This document shows, in pieces, positions 52,020 to 61,881 of a stretch of 64,000 bases of DNA. The first letter of the stretch is position 1. Every line of letters begins with the position of its first letter. The stretch lies in NCBI GenBank assembly GCA_963664825.1, contig OY761614.1, forward strand, positions 1,344,001-1,408,000, given 5' to 3'. The notes beneath the pieces were generated by a model. It did not search any database and was not told where the DNA came from. It was given only the letters and a program-made list of their open reading frames with translations. Made by a program: the position numbers and the translations under genes. Source of the DNA: an uncultured Holophaga sp. (GTDB lineage Bacteria; Acidobacteriota; Holophagae; Holophagales; Holophagaceae).

Positions 52020-53086
52020 GGTCTTCTCCCGATTCTGTCCAAAGCGATCCGAATTTCGGCCAGGGTGCGCTCCCCTTCCGTGGATAGCCGGAAGGACGCG
52101 CCCTCGCCATAGGCGAGGTAGAGCCTGGCCTCCAGGTTCCCCACACCCACCCCGTTGCCCAGCAGCAGGGGCAGGGGCTTACCGCTATTGGCCACCCGCA
52201 GCAGGAGTTCATCGCCCTCCCGCGCCAGGGTGATCTCCAGATCGCCGCCGGAGAGAGAAGGCGCGATGCCATGTTTGATGGCGTTCTCCACCATGGGCTG
52301 GACGAGGAAGGGCGGTGTCTCCAAGGCCTCCAGGCTTTCATCCCAGCCCCATCGCACTTCCAGGCGCTGGCCCAGGCGCATGGATTCCACAGCCAGGTAG
52401 CGGCTCACCAGGGTGCGTTCGTCCCGGAGAGGGGCACTGGGCCTGCTGCCATGATTCAGCAGAGCCCGGTAGAGGGAGGCCAGATCCAGGATGCCCTTCT
52501 CTGCCGCCGGGGGATCGGTGTGCACCAGCTCGGCGAGCCCATTGAGGGCATTGAAGAGCGCGTGGGGGCTCAGCTGACCCCGGAGGAGCACCCAATGGGC
52601 CTCCCTCAATTTCTTTTCCGTCTCCTGTTTGAGGATCCGCGTGCGCTCCCAGTGGGTGATGGCGTATCCCGCCAGCATGGTGGTCGGCACCCAGATGGCC
52701 AGCACCGAACCCAGGGCCACCAGGGCCGCGGGGCGCGCCGTGGAGGTCGTGAAGAGGCTGAGGAGGACCAGGACGATGCCCAGCAGGAGGATGAAGGCCG
52801 CCGCGAAAAGACCCGACTGGACGAGTCCCTTCAGGAAGGGGGCGTGGGTGGCCCGGCCCTTGGTCCACAGCCAGGGGGCCGGAGAAAGCCAGAGGATCAG
52901 CACCGGCAACCCGAAGGCCGCCAACAGGGCGCCCAAGAAGGTGGTAGGCCGGTAGATGCCCGGCACCAGGGCCAGGTTCCCCGCGAACAAGAGGGTCAGG
53001 AGCAGCCCGAAACCGACCATGGGCATCCACACCCACGGGCTGCGAAGGCGAGTCTTCTCGTAGACGATCACATCCTCGGTGCGCAT
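52016..53086 (-). CDS. LytS-family sensor histidine kinase
   Basis: Four TM segments; LRGQLSPHALFNALN, QPMVENAIKHG, GVGVGNLEARL. Confidence 0.93.
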   Translation of the reverse strand: MRTEDVIVYEKTRLRSPWVWMPMVGFGLLLTLLFAGNLALVPGIYRPTTFLGALLAAFGLPVLILWLSPAPWLWTKGRATHAPFLKGLVQSGLFAAAFILLLGIVLVLLSLFTTSTARPAALVALGSVLAIWVPTTMLAGYAITHWERTRILKQETEKKLREAHWVLLRGQLSPHALFNALNGLAELVHTDPPAAEKGILDLASLYRALLNHGSRPSAPLRDERTLVSRYLAVESMRLGQRLEVRWGWDESLEALETPPFLVQPMVENAIKHGIAPSLSGGDLEITLAREGDELLLRVANSGKPLPLLLGNGVGVGNLEARLYLAYGEGASFRLSTEGERTLAEIRIALDRIGRRP

Positions 53087-53162
53087 GCTCCGATTATGGC
53101 CAGTCCCAGCGACGACCGTCAGCCTTCCGCCCAGCGGGGGCCTTGGGGCGCCGAACCGCCCA

Positions 53163-53855
53163 TCACTTGGGTGCCGAAACCTGGACCAGGGCGGGACGCT
53201 GCTGCTGAATCTCCAGGGCCAGGGTCTTCACGCCATTGATGAGGAACTGCATGGCCACCGCCGCGAGGATCAGGCCCATGAGTTTGTTCATGACCTTGAT
53301 GCCCAGGGCGCCCATGCGCTCCATGACCCGGGGCGCCTGGCGCAGGAACAGGTAGCAGACCCATCCGTTGAGCAGGATGGCCACCAGCACCACCAGGTAC
53401 TCCGAGAGACTGATGCCAGCGATCATGCCCATCACCGTCGAGATGGTGCCGGGCCCCGCCAAGAGAGGGATCCCGAAGGGGATGATGGCGAAATCGTCGG
53501 GCAGTTTCAGGGCGGCCTCGGCCTTCTCCTGTTCGGTGGAACGCTCCCGGGGATCCTCGCCGTAGAGCATGGAGATAGCACGGTAGAGCACCAAGACGCC
53601 TCCCACGAAGCGCATGGCCAACGCCGTGAATCCGAAGAAGGTGAAGATGAATTGCCCCAGCAACGCGAAGAGCACCATCGTGACGGTGGCCGTGAGACTC
53701 GCCTTCCAGGCCGCCCGCCTCAGGGAGGGCGCATCCATGCCGGTGGTTGCCGTCGCGAAGAGCATCGAGGCGCTGGGGGGGTTGATGACCGAGAAGAGGG
53801 AGGCCGTCACCCCCAGGATGAAGGGCCATGTGGGGAGCGGAGAAAAGGCGGGCAT
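53163..53855 (-). CDS. MarC-family membrane protein
   Basis: LFSVINP, AIIPFGIPLLAGPGTI, KLMGLILAAVAMQF. Confidence 0.93.
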   Translation of the reverse strand: MPAFSPLPTWPFILGVTASLFSVINPPSASMLFATATTGMDAPSLRRAAWKASLTATVTMVLFALLGQFIFTFFGFTALAMRFVGGVLVLYRAISMLYGEDPRERSTEQEKAEAALKLPDDFAIIPFGIPLLAGPGTISTVMGMIAGISLSEYLVVLVAILLNGWVCYLFLRQAPRVMERMGALGIKVMNKLMGLILAAVAMQFLINGVKTLALEIQQQRPALVQVSAPK

Positions 53856-53873
53856 GCCTTATCCTATCGCTGG

Positions 53874-54096
53874 ATGGATGATCTTCTGAAGTATCGCGAA
53901 CAGCACAAGCTCCGGCTCTCCTGGATGACAGGGCCCAGTCCGCGATCCGGCGCCGCAGGCGACGGGAGCGGGAGCAGCGCCCAGTGGGCGCTGCGATCCG
54001 GGGGTAGTCAAGGGCATCCAGGAGCGGAGGACGGACATGCCCGATGACACTCTCCTGAAGTATTGCCAACAGCACAAGCTTCGGCTCTCCTGGATG
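53874..54096 (+). repeat. Imperfect duplication of the acyltransferase 5' end around a hairpin-rich insert; 57 aa mini-ORF 53874..54047
   Basis: ctgaagtatcgcgaacagcacaagctccggctctcctggatg versus ctgaagtattgccaacagcacaagcttcggctctcctggatg, 169 bp apart. Confidence 0.8.
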
Positions 54097-54738
54097 CCCT
54101 GGCTCTATTTCGCCCTCAAGGACCGGCACCGCGCCTGGGCCGAGGCCTGGCAGGCGGAGATCCAGGCGCGGCTCCGGGAGCTGGAGACCGTGGAAATCGG
54201 CAGGGGCGGCTTCATCGCCCCTGAGGCGAGGATCTTCGGGGAACCCGGCCGGGGCATTTCCATCGGGGACCGCTGCGCCATCGCAGCCGACGTCTTCTTG
54301 CATGGACCCATCACCCTGGGCAACGAGGTCTCCATCAATGCGAGGGCCAGCCTGGATGGCGGCGCCAAGGGCATCCGCATCGGCGATGGCACGCGCATCG
54401 CCTCGGGCGTGGCCATCTATGGCTTCGATCATGGCCTGGCGCCCGATCGAAGCATCCGGGAACAGCCCGTCACCTCCCAAGGCATCCGCATCGGCGCCGA
54501 TGTGTGGATCGGCGCCCTGGCAGGCATCACGGATGGTGCAAGCATCGGGGATCACGCCGTGGTGGCCATGGGCGCCGTCGTCACCCGCGAGGTCCCGCCC
54601 TGGGCCATCGTGGCCGGCGTCCCCGCCAGGGTGATCGGCGACCGCCGGGATCAGCCTCTGGCGGGAGGGGCCGACCCCACACGGGAAGCGTGCCCCGACC
54701 TCACTTCCATCCTTCCATCAGGTAGAGATCCGAGGTGA
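54037..54738 (+). CDS. Hexapeptide-repeat (LbH) acyltransferase
   Basis: IRIGDGTRI, IRIGADVWIG, IGDHAVVAMGAVVT, AIVAGVPARVI; SD GGAGG. Confidence 0.92.
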   Translation: MPDDTLLKYCQQHKLRLSWMPWLYFALKDRHRAWAEAWQAEIQARLRELETVEIGRGGFIAPEARIFGEPGRGISIGDRCAIAADVFLHGPITLGNEVSINARASLDGGAKGIRIGDGTRIASGVAIYGFDHGLAPDRSIREQPVTSQGIRIGADVWIGALAGITDGASIGDHAVVAMGAVVTREVPPWAIVAGVPARVIGDRRDQPLAGGADPTREACPDLTSILPSGRDPR

Positions 54739-57280
54739 GCCTGCGCATGAAGGAATAGGCGTAGGAACTACCGTCCGGGGCCACGCAGAGGCTATCGAGT
54801 CGGCTCACGCCGACGGTGTCGGCGGGTCGCAGTTCCTTCCAAAGCCTGCGCCGCCCCGTGGCCAGATCCAGACGCCAGATCTTCGCGGGCAGCCCCAGCA
54901 GGGAGCCCAGGAAGAGCTCCCTCCCATCCGAACTCCACTGCAGGAGGATCTCCTCCTCGGAGATGCCGGAGACCTCCCGGATCCACTCACCCTTCGAGGT
55001 GTAGAGCTGCACCTTCCCATCCACGGGGCCGAGAGCCACCCGAGCACCATCCGGGGCCACCAGGCAGCAGGCCTCGGAACGCCCCGGCGAGGCCAGCCAG
55101 GGTTTCATCTCCCCGGTCTGGAGATCCTGCTGGTAGTAGCGAAAGACCTTATCGGCCCCGACCCCGCCCAGCAGGAGTCTCCCGGGCCCCAGGAACACGG
55201 CCCAATCAGACTTCACGCCATGGCTCGGAAGCCGACGGGCCTCGCCAGGGCCCGTCGGCAGCAGGGCCAGTTCGGTCCCATGGTTGGCGAGATTGCGCAC
55301 CACGGCCCATTTCCCGTCCGCCGAGAGCACCAGCGGATCGCCATCCCCCAGCCGCACGGCTTCAGATCCGTCCGGCCGCCGAAAATAGGCGCCCCCGGGT
55401 CCGGCCCCTTCCCGGTTCTCGGCAAAGAGGATCCCCTTCCCATCCAGGGCCAGATCGGCCACCTTCGAGGACTGGAGCCAGGAGAGTTCCCGTTCCTTCC
55501 CGGCATGACCGAAGAAGAGATGGCGGCGCGCCATGCTGTGGCTCAGCAGCACCTTCCCCGTGTGCGACACATCCTGGATGAAGAGCCGACCCAACACCGA
55601 ATAGAGCAGGTGCTGGCGCCCGGAAAGCGTGACGGTACGAAGTTCCTGACGGTCCTCCGACAACCGGACGGTATAGATCAGCTCCCGTCCGTCCGGGGAC
55701 CAGGCCAGGGATTGGATCTCGCCCCGAACCAGGACCTGCCGCTGGCCCTTCCCATCCACCACCGAAAGGCACTGGTTCCCGGCGGAGATGATCTCCGCGA
55801 AGGCGACTCGGCCCCCCTTCGGAGACACCTTGGGGAAGTCGATGGCATGGGCCGCGGGCGCCTCGAAGAGAACATGGCCGATGGGGTATTCCAAGCGCTG
55901 GCGCCCGTTTTCACCCACACGGACCACAGCCAGTTGCTGTCCATCGGGGCTCCAGTCCGCAGAGCGGACCCTCTCCAAGATCTCTCGCGGCGCTCCTCCC
56001 CCCAGGGGTGCCCTCGCCAGGGTGCCCGAAGGGACCAAGATGCCTGCGCCAGCCGGATCGCCGGCCACCCGAAGCAGGAGCGCCATCTCACCGGTGGAAG
56101 CGATGGAGAGGATCTCGGTGTCGGAGGGGAGTTCCAGGGAACGCGCCCCCAGGCCTTCCACGCGCCCCAGCCAGAGATGGCTGGGGTCCTCGGCCCCGCT
56201 CAGGCTGTATACGAAACTGCGGCCATCTGGCGCGAGCCGGGCGCTTTGGATCTCGCCGGTGCGATAGGTGAGGCGATGCAGGATGGGGGGCTCGCGCTGG
56301 GCCCATGCCCGCCCCAACCAAAGCGCCGTTCCGCCGAGGACCAAGGCCCCCGCGAGGAGAAGGGGACGGAAGCGCCGCAACTTCCGGAAAGAAGGCCAGG
56401 CCATGCGGGAAATCGAGGTCGAGCCCAGCAGGATATTCTCGAGGTCGAAGGCCAGGTCCTGGGCGCTCTGATACCGGGCCCTCGGATCCTTTTCCAGGCA
56501 GCGCAGAAGCGTCCTCTGGATCACGGGAGGCAGGCGCAGCACGGAGGGTTCTTCCGGTGGATCCTCTTTGAGGATGGCGTGCATGATCTCCACGGCCGAA
56601 TCCCCACGGAAGGGCCGCTTCCCGGCGATCATCTCCCACAGGATCACGCCGAAGGCGAAGATATCGGAGCGGGGATCCGCGGGGCGCCCATTCACCTGCT
56701 CCGGGGACATGTAGCCGACGGTGCCGACCATCACGCCCACCTTCGTCTCCATGGGCGGCGCCGATTCGGCCCGGGTCACGTCGCTATCCCCGGCCAGGGG
56801 ACTCTGCAGTTTGGCCAAGCCGAAGTCCAGGATCTTCGTGCGCTCATCCCGGGTGATGAAGATGTTCTCCGGCTTCAGATCGCGATGGGTGAGGCCCTTC
56901 TCGTGGGCGGCCGCCAGACCCTGGGCTACCTGCTGGCTCAGTTCCAGGATCTTTCGCAGGGGGAGGGATCTCTCCTCCATGCGCTCCCGCAGCGTCTGGC
57001 CTTCGAGTAGTTCCATGACCAGGAAGGGCATCCCCTCGTGGAGCCCCGTATCGTAGATCTGGAGGATGCCGGAGTGATTGAGCAGAGCCACGGCCTTGGC
57101 TTCCTGCTCGAAGCGCCGCAGCCGATCGGGATCGGCCGCGAAGGAAGGCAGCAGCATCTTCACGGCCACTTCGCGCCCCAGGCGCAGATCCTTGGCGCGG
57201 TAGACCTCCCCCATGCCGCCGCTGCCGAGGAGGCCGACGATTTCGTACGGACCGAGTCTGCTTTCTGCTTCGAGGGTCAT
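54701..57280 (-). CDS. Hanks-type Ser/Thr kinase with TM segment and TolB/PD40-like beta-propeller
   Basis: LGSGGMGEVY, VAVK, HRDLKPEN, DFG, YMSPEQ, SDIF; WSPDG repeats. Confidence 0.95.
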   Translation of the reverse strand: MTLEAESRLGPYEIVGLLGSGGMGEVYRAKDLRLGREVAVKMLLPSFAADPDRLRRFEQEAKAVALLNHSGILQIYDTGLHEGMPFLVMELLEGQTLRERMEERSLPLRKILELSQQVAQGLAAAHEKGLTHRDLKPENIFITRDERTKILDFGLAKLQSPLAGDSDVTRAESAPPMETKVGVMVGTVGYMSPEQVNGRPADPRSDIFAFGVILWEMIAGKRPFRGDSAVEIMHAILKEDPPEEPSVLRLPPVIQRTLLRCLEKDPRARYQSAQDLAFDLENILLGSTSISRMAWPSFRKLRRFRPLLLAGALVLGGTALWLGRAWAQREPPILHRLTYRTGEIQSARLAPDGRSFVYSLSGAEDPSHLWLGRVEGLGARSLELPSDTEILSIASTGEMALLLRVAGDPAGAGILVPSGTLARAPLGGGAPREILERVRSADWSPDGQQLAVVRVGENGRQRLEYPIGHVLFEAPAAHAIDFPKVSPKGGRVAFAEIISAGNQCLSVVDGKGQRQVLVRGEIQSLAWSPDGRELIYTVRLSEDRQELRTVTLSGRQHLLYSVLGRLFIQDVSHTGKVLLSHSMARRHLFFGHAGKERELSWLQSSKVADLALDGKGILFAENREGAGPGGAYFRRPDGSEAVRLGDGDPLVLSADGKWAVVRNLANHGTELALLPTGPGEARRLPSHGVKSDWAVFLGPGRLLLGGVGADKVFRYYQQDLQTGEMKPWLASPGRSEACCLVAPDGARVALGPVDGKVQLYTSKGEWIREVSGISEEEILLQWSSDGRELFLGSLLGLPAKIWRLDLATGRRRLWKELRPADTVGVSRLDSLCVAPDGSSYAYSFMRRLTSDLYLMEGWK

Positions 57281-57288
57281 TTGGAACA

Positions 57289-58005
57289 CTACCAGGAGGT
57301 CTTGGACACGCTGATGGAATCGTACCTTGCCGGAGGCGTGGAGGGGAGGCTTTGCTGTTCCACACTCCCCACCCCCAGCCCCTTCAGGGCCTCCTTCAAG
57401 GCCTCCACCCGCGCCTGGGTGATGGCCGCGGGGATCTCCGGCAGGGCCGGGATGAGAAGAATCCAGCGCCCATCCAGACCCCAGGCGCTCACCCATGCTC
57501 GGAGCTTGATCCGCGCCGCGCTGGAGAGTTCCGCATTGCCCTTGAGGAAGTAGATGGGCTCCCGATGACCTCCATCTGTCAGAGGGCTGGAGGGTATGGC
57601 GAGCTTGGGCTGGCGGGGCGCCATGGCCTCCGAGGGAATCGCCAACACGGCCCATGGATCGGGAATGGCGGGAAGGGGCAGGGCCTTCTCGTGGCGCACC
57701 GCCAGATCACCTTTCAGGGGGTAGGTCTCCCCGGGGATGGCCAGCTGGGCCAAGGCATAACCATCCTTGAGGACCGTGATCTGCAAGCGGCCCAGATTCC
57801 GCCTCTCGCCCTCCCGGCGGAGCGTCAGGAGTTCCCCCGGGGCTAGGGACGGGCAGCCCTCGCCTTCCAGGCGATAGAGCCGTTCACCTTCTTCGAAGGG
57901 CGGCATCCCGCTGCGCACCACACCCACCACCCGCAGGGGCTGGGCGGCGACGAGCATGGAGCCCAGCAAGCATCCCAAGAGCATCGGCTTCATATCCTCA
58001 CTCAT
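57289..58005 (-). CDS. Exported hypothetical protein with degenerate OmpA-like C-terminal domain
   Basis: Signal peptide; IYFLKGNAELSSAARIKL and ARVEALKEALKGLGV resemble OmpA_C, but the GHTD motif is absent. Confidence 0.55.
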   Translation of the reverse strand: MSEDMKPMLLGCLLGSMLVAAQPLRVVGVVRSGMPPFEEGERLYRLEGEGCPSLAPGELLTLRREGERRNLGRLQITVLKDGYALAQLAIPGETYPLKGDLAVRHEKALPLPAIPDPWAVLAIPSEAMAPRQPKLAIPSSPLTDGGHREPIYFLKGNAELSSAARIKLRAWVSAWGLDGRWILLIPALPEIPAAITQARVEALKEALKGLGVGSVEQQSLPSTPPARYDSISVSKTSW

Positions 58006-58019
58006 CGGGTCCGCACCTC

Positions 58020-59291
58020 CTAGGTCTGAGGAACGACACCCATCTCCCGCAGCAGATCCCCCAGGAGAAAGAGGGAGCCCGTCACCAGGCGCAGGCCCTC
58101 ACGGGGTTCCTTCAGACGGGCCGCGAGTTCGGCAATATCGAGAAGGGGCAAGGTTTCCCCCCAGGCCGCGCAGAGGGCTGCATGCGTGGCGTAGCGCTCG
58201 TTTTCCCCCTTCACCAGCGTAATGGAGCGGGGTTCCATGAGGCGCAACTCGCTGACCATGTGGGCCAGATCCTTATCGCCCATGGCGCCGAAGATGAGGT
58301 GGGGCCGAACCCCACAGGCCCTCGCGTGACGGGCCACCATGCGGGCGCCATCGGGATTATGGCCCCCATCGATCCAGACATCGCTGCATCCGGGAATGGG
58401 CCACAGGCGGCCCGGCCACCGGGTTCGCGCCAATCCTTCCCAGGCCTGGGATTCGGGGATGGGAAAGCCCAGGCAGCGCAATTGCCGGAGGGCCTCCAAC
58501 GCGGTGGCGAGGTTCTCCAGCTGATGAGCGCCGGGAAGCCCGATGGGCCTGCCCTGCACGACGCTGTGATCCCAAAGCAGCTCGTCGGCCACCAGGGCCG
58601 GAGACGGGCAGAGCCTGGGACGACACTCCAGGAGTGGTTCGATCCAGGCGGGCTCCAGCGTCGGCCCCAGCACGAGGGGCCGTCCCTCCCGGGCCGTGCA
58701 GAGCTTTTCCCGGGCGATGGCCTCCCGGGTCTCTCCCAGGAACTTCGTATGATCCAAGGCGACATTGGTGAGGACCGTCAGCAGCGGATCCACCGTATTG
58801 GTGGCATCCCAGCGCCCTCCCATGCCCACCTCGATGATGCCCACCTCCACGCCCGTCATCCGGAAGGCCAGCAGGGCCGAGGTGATCATCAGCTCGAAAA
58901 AGGTGGCCTGGATCCCGGCCCGGACCTCGCAGTCGAAGGCCTCCCCCAGCAGCAGATCCAGGGCCGAGGCCCCGATGAAGTGGCCGTCGATCCAGATCCG
59001 CTCCGTGGGCGCCACCAGGTGGGGCGAAGTCGTCCAGCCCACGGCCAGACCGCAGGCCCGCAGGGCCTGGGCCAGGAAGGCGCCCGTGGAGCCCTTGCCG
59101 TTGGTGCCGGCGATCAGGATGCAGGGGAAGCCCCGCTCCGGATGCCCCAGGCCCTCCAGGAGCCGCTGGGGATTGGAGAGTCCCAGCTTGATGCCCCAGT
59201 GGCCCCGGGCTTCCAGGCGCTGGATATTGGGATAGTTCCCCAGCCTCAGATCGCCCTGTGGAAAGGGATCCCCCGTCCCAGGCACGACCAT
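58020..59291 (-). CDS. folC: Folylpolyglutamate synthase/dihydrofolate synthase
   Basis: IAGTNGKGST, TSPHL, EVGMGGRWDATN, WPGRL, DGGHNP, TGSLFL. Confidence 0.95.
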   Translation of the reverse strand: MVVPGTGDPFPQGDLRLGNYPNIQRLEARGHWGIKLGLSNPQRLLEGLGHPERGFPCILIAGTNGKGSTGAFLAQALRACGLAVGWTTSPHLVAPTERIWIDGHFIGASALDLLLGEAFDCEVRAGIQATFFELMITSALLAFRMTGVEVGIIEVGMGGRWDATNTVDPLLTVLTNVALDHTKFLGETREAIAREKLCTAREGRPLVLGPTLEPAWIEPLLECRPRLCPSPALVADELLWDHSVVQGRPIGLPGAHQLENLATALEALRQLRCLGFPIPESQAWEGLARTRWPGRLWPIPGCSDVWIDGGHNPDGARMVARHARACGVRPHLIFGAMGDKDLAHMVSELRLMEPRSITLVKGENERYATHAALCAAWGETLPLLDIAELAARLKEPREGLRLVTGSLFLLGDLLREMGVVPQT

Positions 59292-59292
59292 C

Positions 59293-60150
59293 TCAGGCCT
59301 TCTTCGGACCGTGCTTCAGGGATTCGAAGAGACGTTCCAGTTCCTCTTCGCTGCCGAAGTGAAGCAGGACGGACCCGCCCTTGCCCTTGGCCTTGATCTC
59401 CACGCGTGTGCCCCAGGCCTGGGTCAGTTCTTCGGCGGCCGCCTTCAGGAATACCCCGGGATGGGGGCGCTTGGCGCGGGTCTTCCGCTGCTTGGCGAGC
59501 TGGTGGACCTTGGATTCCAGGGCGCGCACCGAGAGTTGCTTGGCGACGATCTCCTGGGCCAGATTCTCCTGGACTCGGGCGTCGTCCACGCCCAGCAGCA
59601 CCTTGGCGTGGCCCGTGGAGACCGCACCCGTGGCCACCATCTCCTGAATGGCACTGGGCAGGCGCAACAGGCGCAGGGTATTGGCCACCTGGGGACGGCT
59701 CTTGCCGACCCGATCGGCCACCTGCTCCTGTGTGAGCCGCAGATGCTCGCCCAGCTGCCAGTAGGCCTTGGCCTCCTCGATGGCGTTGAGTTCCTGGCGC
59801 TGGATGTTCTCCACCAGCGCGAACTCCAGCAGGCGATCCTCCGGCACTTCCTTGAGCACCACCGGCACCATGGATAGCCCGGCCAGCTTGGCGGCGCGCC
59901 AGCGGCGCTCACCGGCGATGATCTCGAACTTGTCGCCCACCTTGCGCGCCACGATGGGTTGCACCATGCCATGGAGCTTGAGGCTGGCCGCGAGATCCTC
60001 CAGCGCCGAAGCATCGAAGTAGCTGCGGGGCTGATAGCGGTTGGCAACCAGGGTGCCCACGGGCACCTCCCGGGAACTGGCGTCCTCCGGCGCAATCTGG
60101 TTCATGAGGGAGGTCAGCCCCCGCCCCAGGGCAGGCCTTTTGGGAATCAT
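59293..60150 (-). CDS. parB: Chromosome partitioning protein ParB
   Basis: LGRGLTSL, QPR, IIAGERRWRA, ENIQRQELN, GKSR..VAN.LRLL. Confidence 0.96.
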   Translation of the reverse strand: MIPKRPALGRGLTSLMNQIAPEDASSREVPVGTLVANRYQPRSYFDASALEDLAASLKLHGMVQPIVARKVGDKFEIIAGERRWRAAKLAGLSMVPVVLKEVPEDRLLEFALVENIQRQELNAIEEAKAYWQLGEHLRLTQEQVADRVGKSRPQVANTLRLLRLPSAIQEMVATGAVSTGHAKVLLGVDDARVQENLAQEIVAKQLSVRALESKVHQLAKQRKTRAKRPHPGVFLKAAAEELTQAWGTRVEIKAKGKGGSVLLHFGSEEELERLFESLKHGPKKA

Positions 60151-60932
60151 CGTGCCTCCTCCTGGAGATCGGGTTCCAGCTGGCCCAGCCATTCCCGCGC
60201 CAGGTTCAAGTAGGACTGGGCGCCCTTGGATTTCAGATCGTAGAAGGCGACGGGCTTGCCATGGCTGGGCGCCTCGGCCAGGCGGATATTCCGGGGGATG
60301 AAGGTCTGGAAGACCTTGCCCGGGAAGGCTTGGCGCACCTCGTGAGCCACGGCGGCGCCCAGGTTGGTGCGTTCCTCCGCCATGGTGAGCAGGATGCCGC
60401 CCATCCGCAGGCGCGGATTGGGGCCCGCCTGCACCCGGCGGATGGTCTCGATGAGCTCGGCGAGTCCATCGAGCGCAAAGAATTCGCAGGGCATCGGCAC
60501 GATAACTTCGTCGGCGGCCGTGAGCGCATTGAGGGTGATCATGCCCAGGGAGGGCGGCGGATCGATGAGGATGAAGTCGTAGTCGTCCCGCACGGCGTCC
60601 AGGGCCTTACTGAGCACCTGCAGCTCGGGCAATTCAAAGAGCTCGAATTCCAGCTGGGCGAGATCCTTGCCCGCGGGGATCACCTGGAGCATGGGCACTT
60701 CGGTGCTGAGGATCAGCGCCTTGGCTGGAGCGCCCTTCATTAGCGCAAAGGCCCCCGCCCGCTGGTCCGGCTTGGGGAAACCCAGGCCCGTGGTGCTGTG
60801 GCCCTGGGGATCGAAATCGATGAGCAGCACCATCTTTTCCATCATCGCCAGGGACGCGGCCAGATTAATGGCCGTGGTGGTCTTGCCCACTCCGCCCTTC
60901 TGATTGGCCAGCACCACGACCCTCGCAGACAT
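60147..60932 (-). CDS. parA: Chromosome partitioning ATPase ParA/Soj
   Basis: NQKGGVGKTTT, DFDPQG, IPRNIRLAEAPSHG. Confidence 0.96.
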   Translation of the reverse strand: MSARVVVLANQKGGVGKTTTAINLAASLAMMEKMVLLIDFDPQGHSTTGLGFPKPDQRAGAFALMKGAPAKALILSTEVPMLQVIPAGKDLAQLEFELFELPELQVLSKALDAVRDDYDFILIDPPPSLGMITLNALTAADEVIVPMPCEFFALDGLAELIETIRRVQAGPNPRLRMGGILLTMAEERTNLGAAVAHEVRQAFPGKVFQTFIPRNIRLAEAPSHGKPVAFYDLKSKGAQSYLNLAREWLGQLEPDLQEEAR

Positions 60933-60991
60933 GCTAGGGCCTCGACTTCACAGCATTAGGGCTGGAGGAACGTGAATTCACCGGTCAACCT

Positions 60992-61027
60992 CGTGTGGAA
61001 CATTGGAAGTCTATCACGTTCCACGCG
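60992..61027. promoter_or_regulatory. Two parS-like half-sites in inverted arrangement upstream of parA
   Basis: gtggaaca (60995-61002) and cgttccac (61017-61024) match halves of TGTTCCACGTGGAACA; no complete 16-mer. Confidence 0.35.
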
Positions 61028-61060
61028 ACCCGTCGCACAGCAGCTGGGGTAGAAGTTCCC

Positions 61061-61864
61061 TCAACGGGCCCCCCCAAACAATGCGACGTCAGGTTCGAAG
61101 AAACCGATGGAACGCACGGGTCCACCAAGCCAGAGCCCCGTCCAGCGTCCCTCTTCCATTCCCCCCACCGTGACGCGCACCGGGTCTTCGCCCGCAGGAA
61201 GGAAGCCCCAATCGCCAATGCCTGTGCGCTGGGCCAGCCAAGCCGCGGCCACCGCACAGCCCTGCCCACAACAGAGAGTCTCCCCTTCCACGCCCCGCTC
61301 CCAGGTGCGGATGCGGGCTCGCCCAGGCTCGAGGATCTGGAGGATGCTGATATTGGCACCCTCCGGCAGCGCGGCATGAAAACGCAGGGGGGGCGCAAAG
61401 GAGGCCAGATCCACGCGGTCCACCTCGGGCACCTCCACGATCAGATGGGGCGTGCCCGTCCATCCGAAGGCGTGGGGGAATTCCAGGGATAACGGAGAGG
61501 GTCGAAGGCCGTAGGCGCCCCCTTCGGGCAGACGCAGGCCCACGCCCGCCTCATCCAGGCGCAAGCTCACACGTTCGCCGCTCACCACGGCATCGAGCCC
61601 GCCGCGGAACCCGGTGGGCAGCATGCTGGCGGCGGCCCGAGTCCCGTTGGAGCAGAAGGTCCTTGTACCATCCGGTTCCCAGTGATCCATCCGCCAGGGT
61701 TCCCCCTGGGCAAAGCGATGCACCAGGAAGAGGCCGTCGAGGCCCAGCCCACGGCCACGGGGACAGAGGGCCCGGGCCCATGCGGGCCCATGGAAGGAGG
61801 GTGGCGCCTCCTCAAACCAGAGATAGGCAAACACATTGCCGGAAGCGGCCGCGATCTTGAGCAT
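61061..61864 (-). CDS. dapF: Diaminopimelate epimerase-like protein, divergent
   Basis: SGNVF, GLGLDGL, FCSNGTR, GTPH, RTWERGVEGETLCCGQG. Confidence 0.75.
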   Translation of the reverse strand: MLKIAAASGNVFAYLWFEEAPPSFHGPAWARALCPRGRGLGLDGLFLVHRFAQGEPWRMDHWEPDGTRTFCSNGTRAAASMLPTGFRGGLDAVVSGERVSLRLDEAGVGLRLPEGGAYGLRPSPLSLEFPHAFGWTGTPHLIVEVPEVDRVDLASFAPPLRFHAALPEGANISILQILEPGRARIRTWERGVEGETLCCGQGCAVAAAWLAQRTGIGDWGFLPAGEDPVRVTVGGMEEGRWTGLWLGGPVRSIGFFEPDVALFGGAR

Positions 61865-61881
61865 TCGGGAATCCTGCTGGG

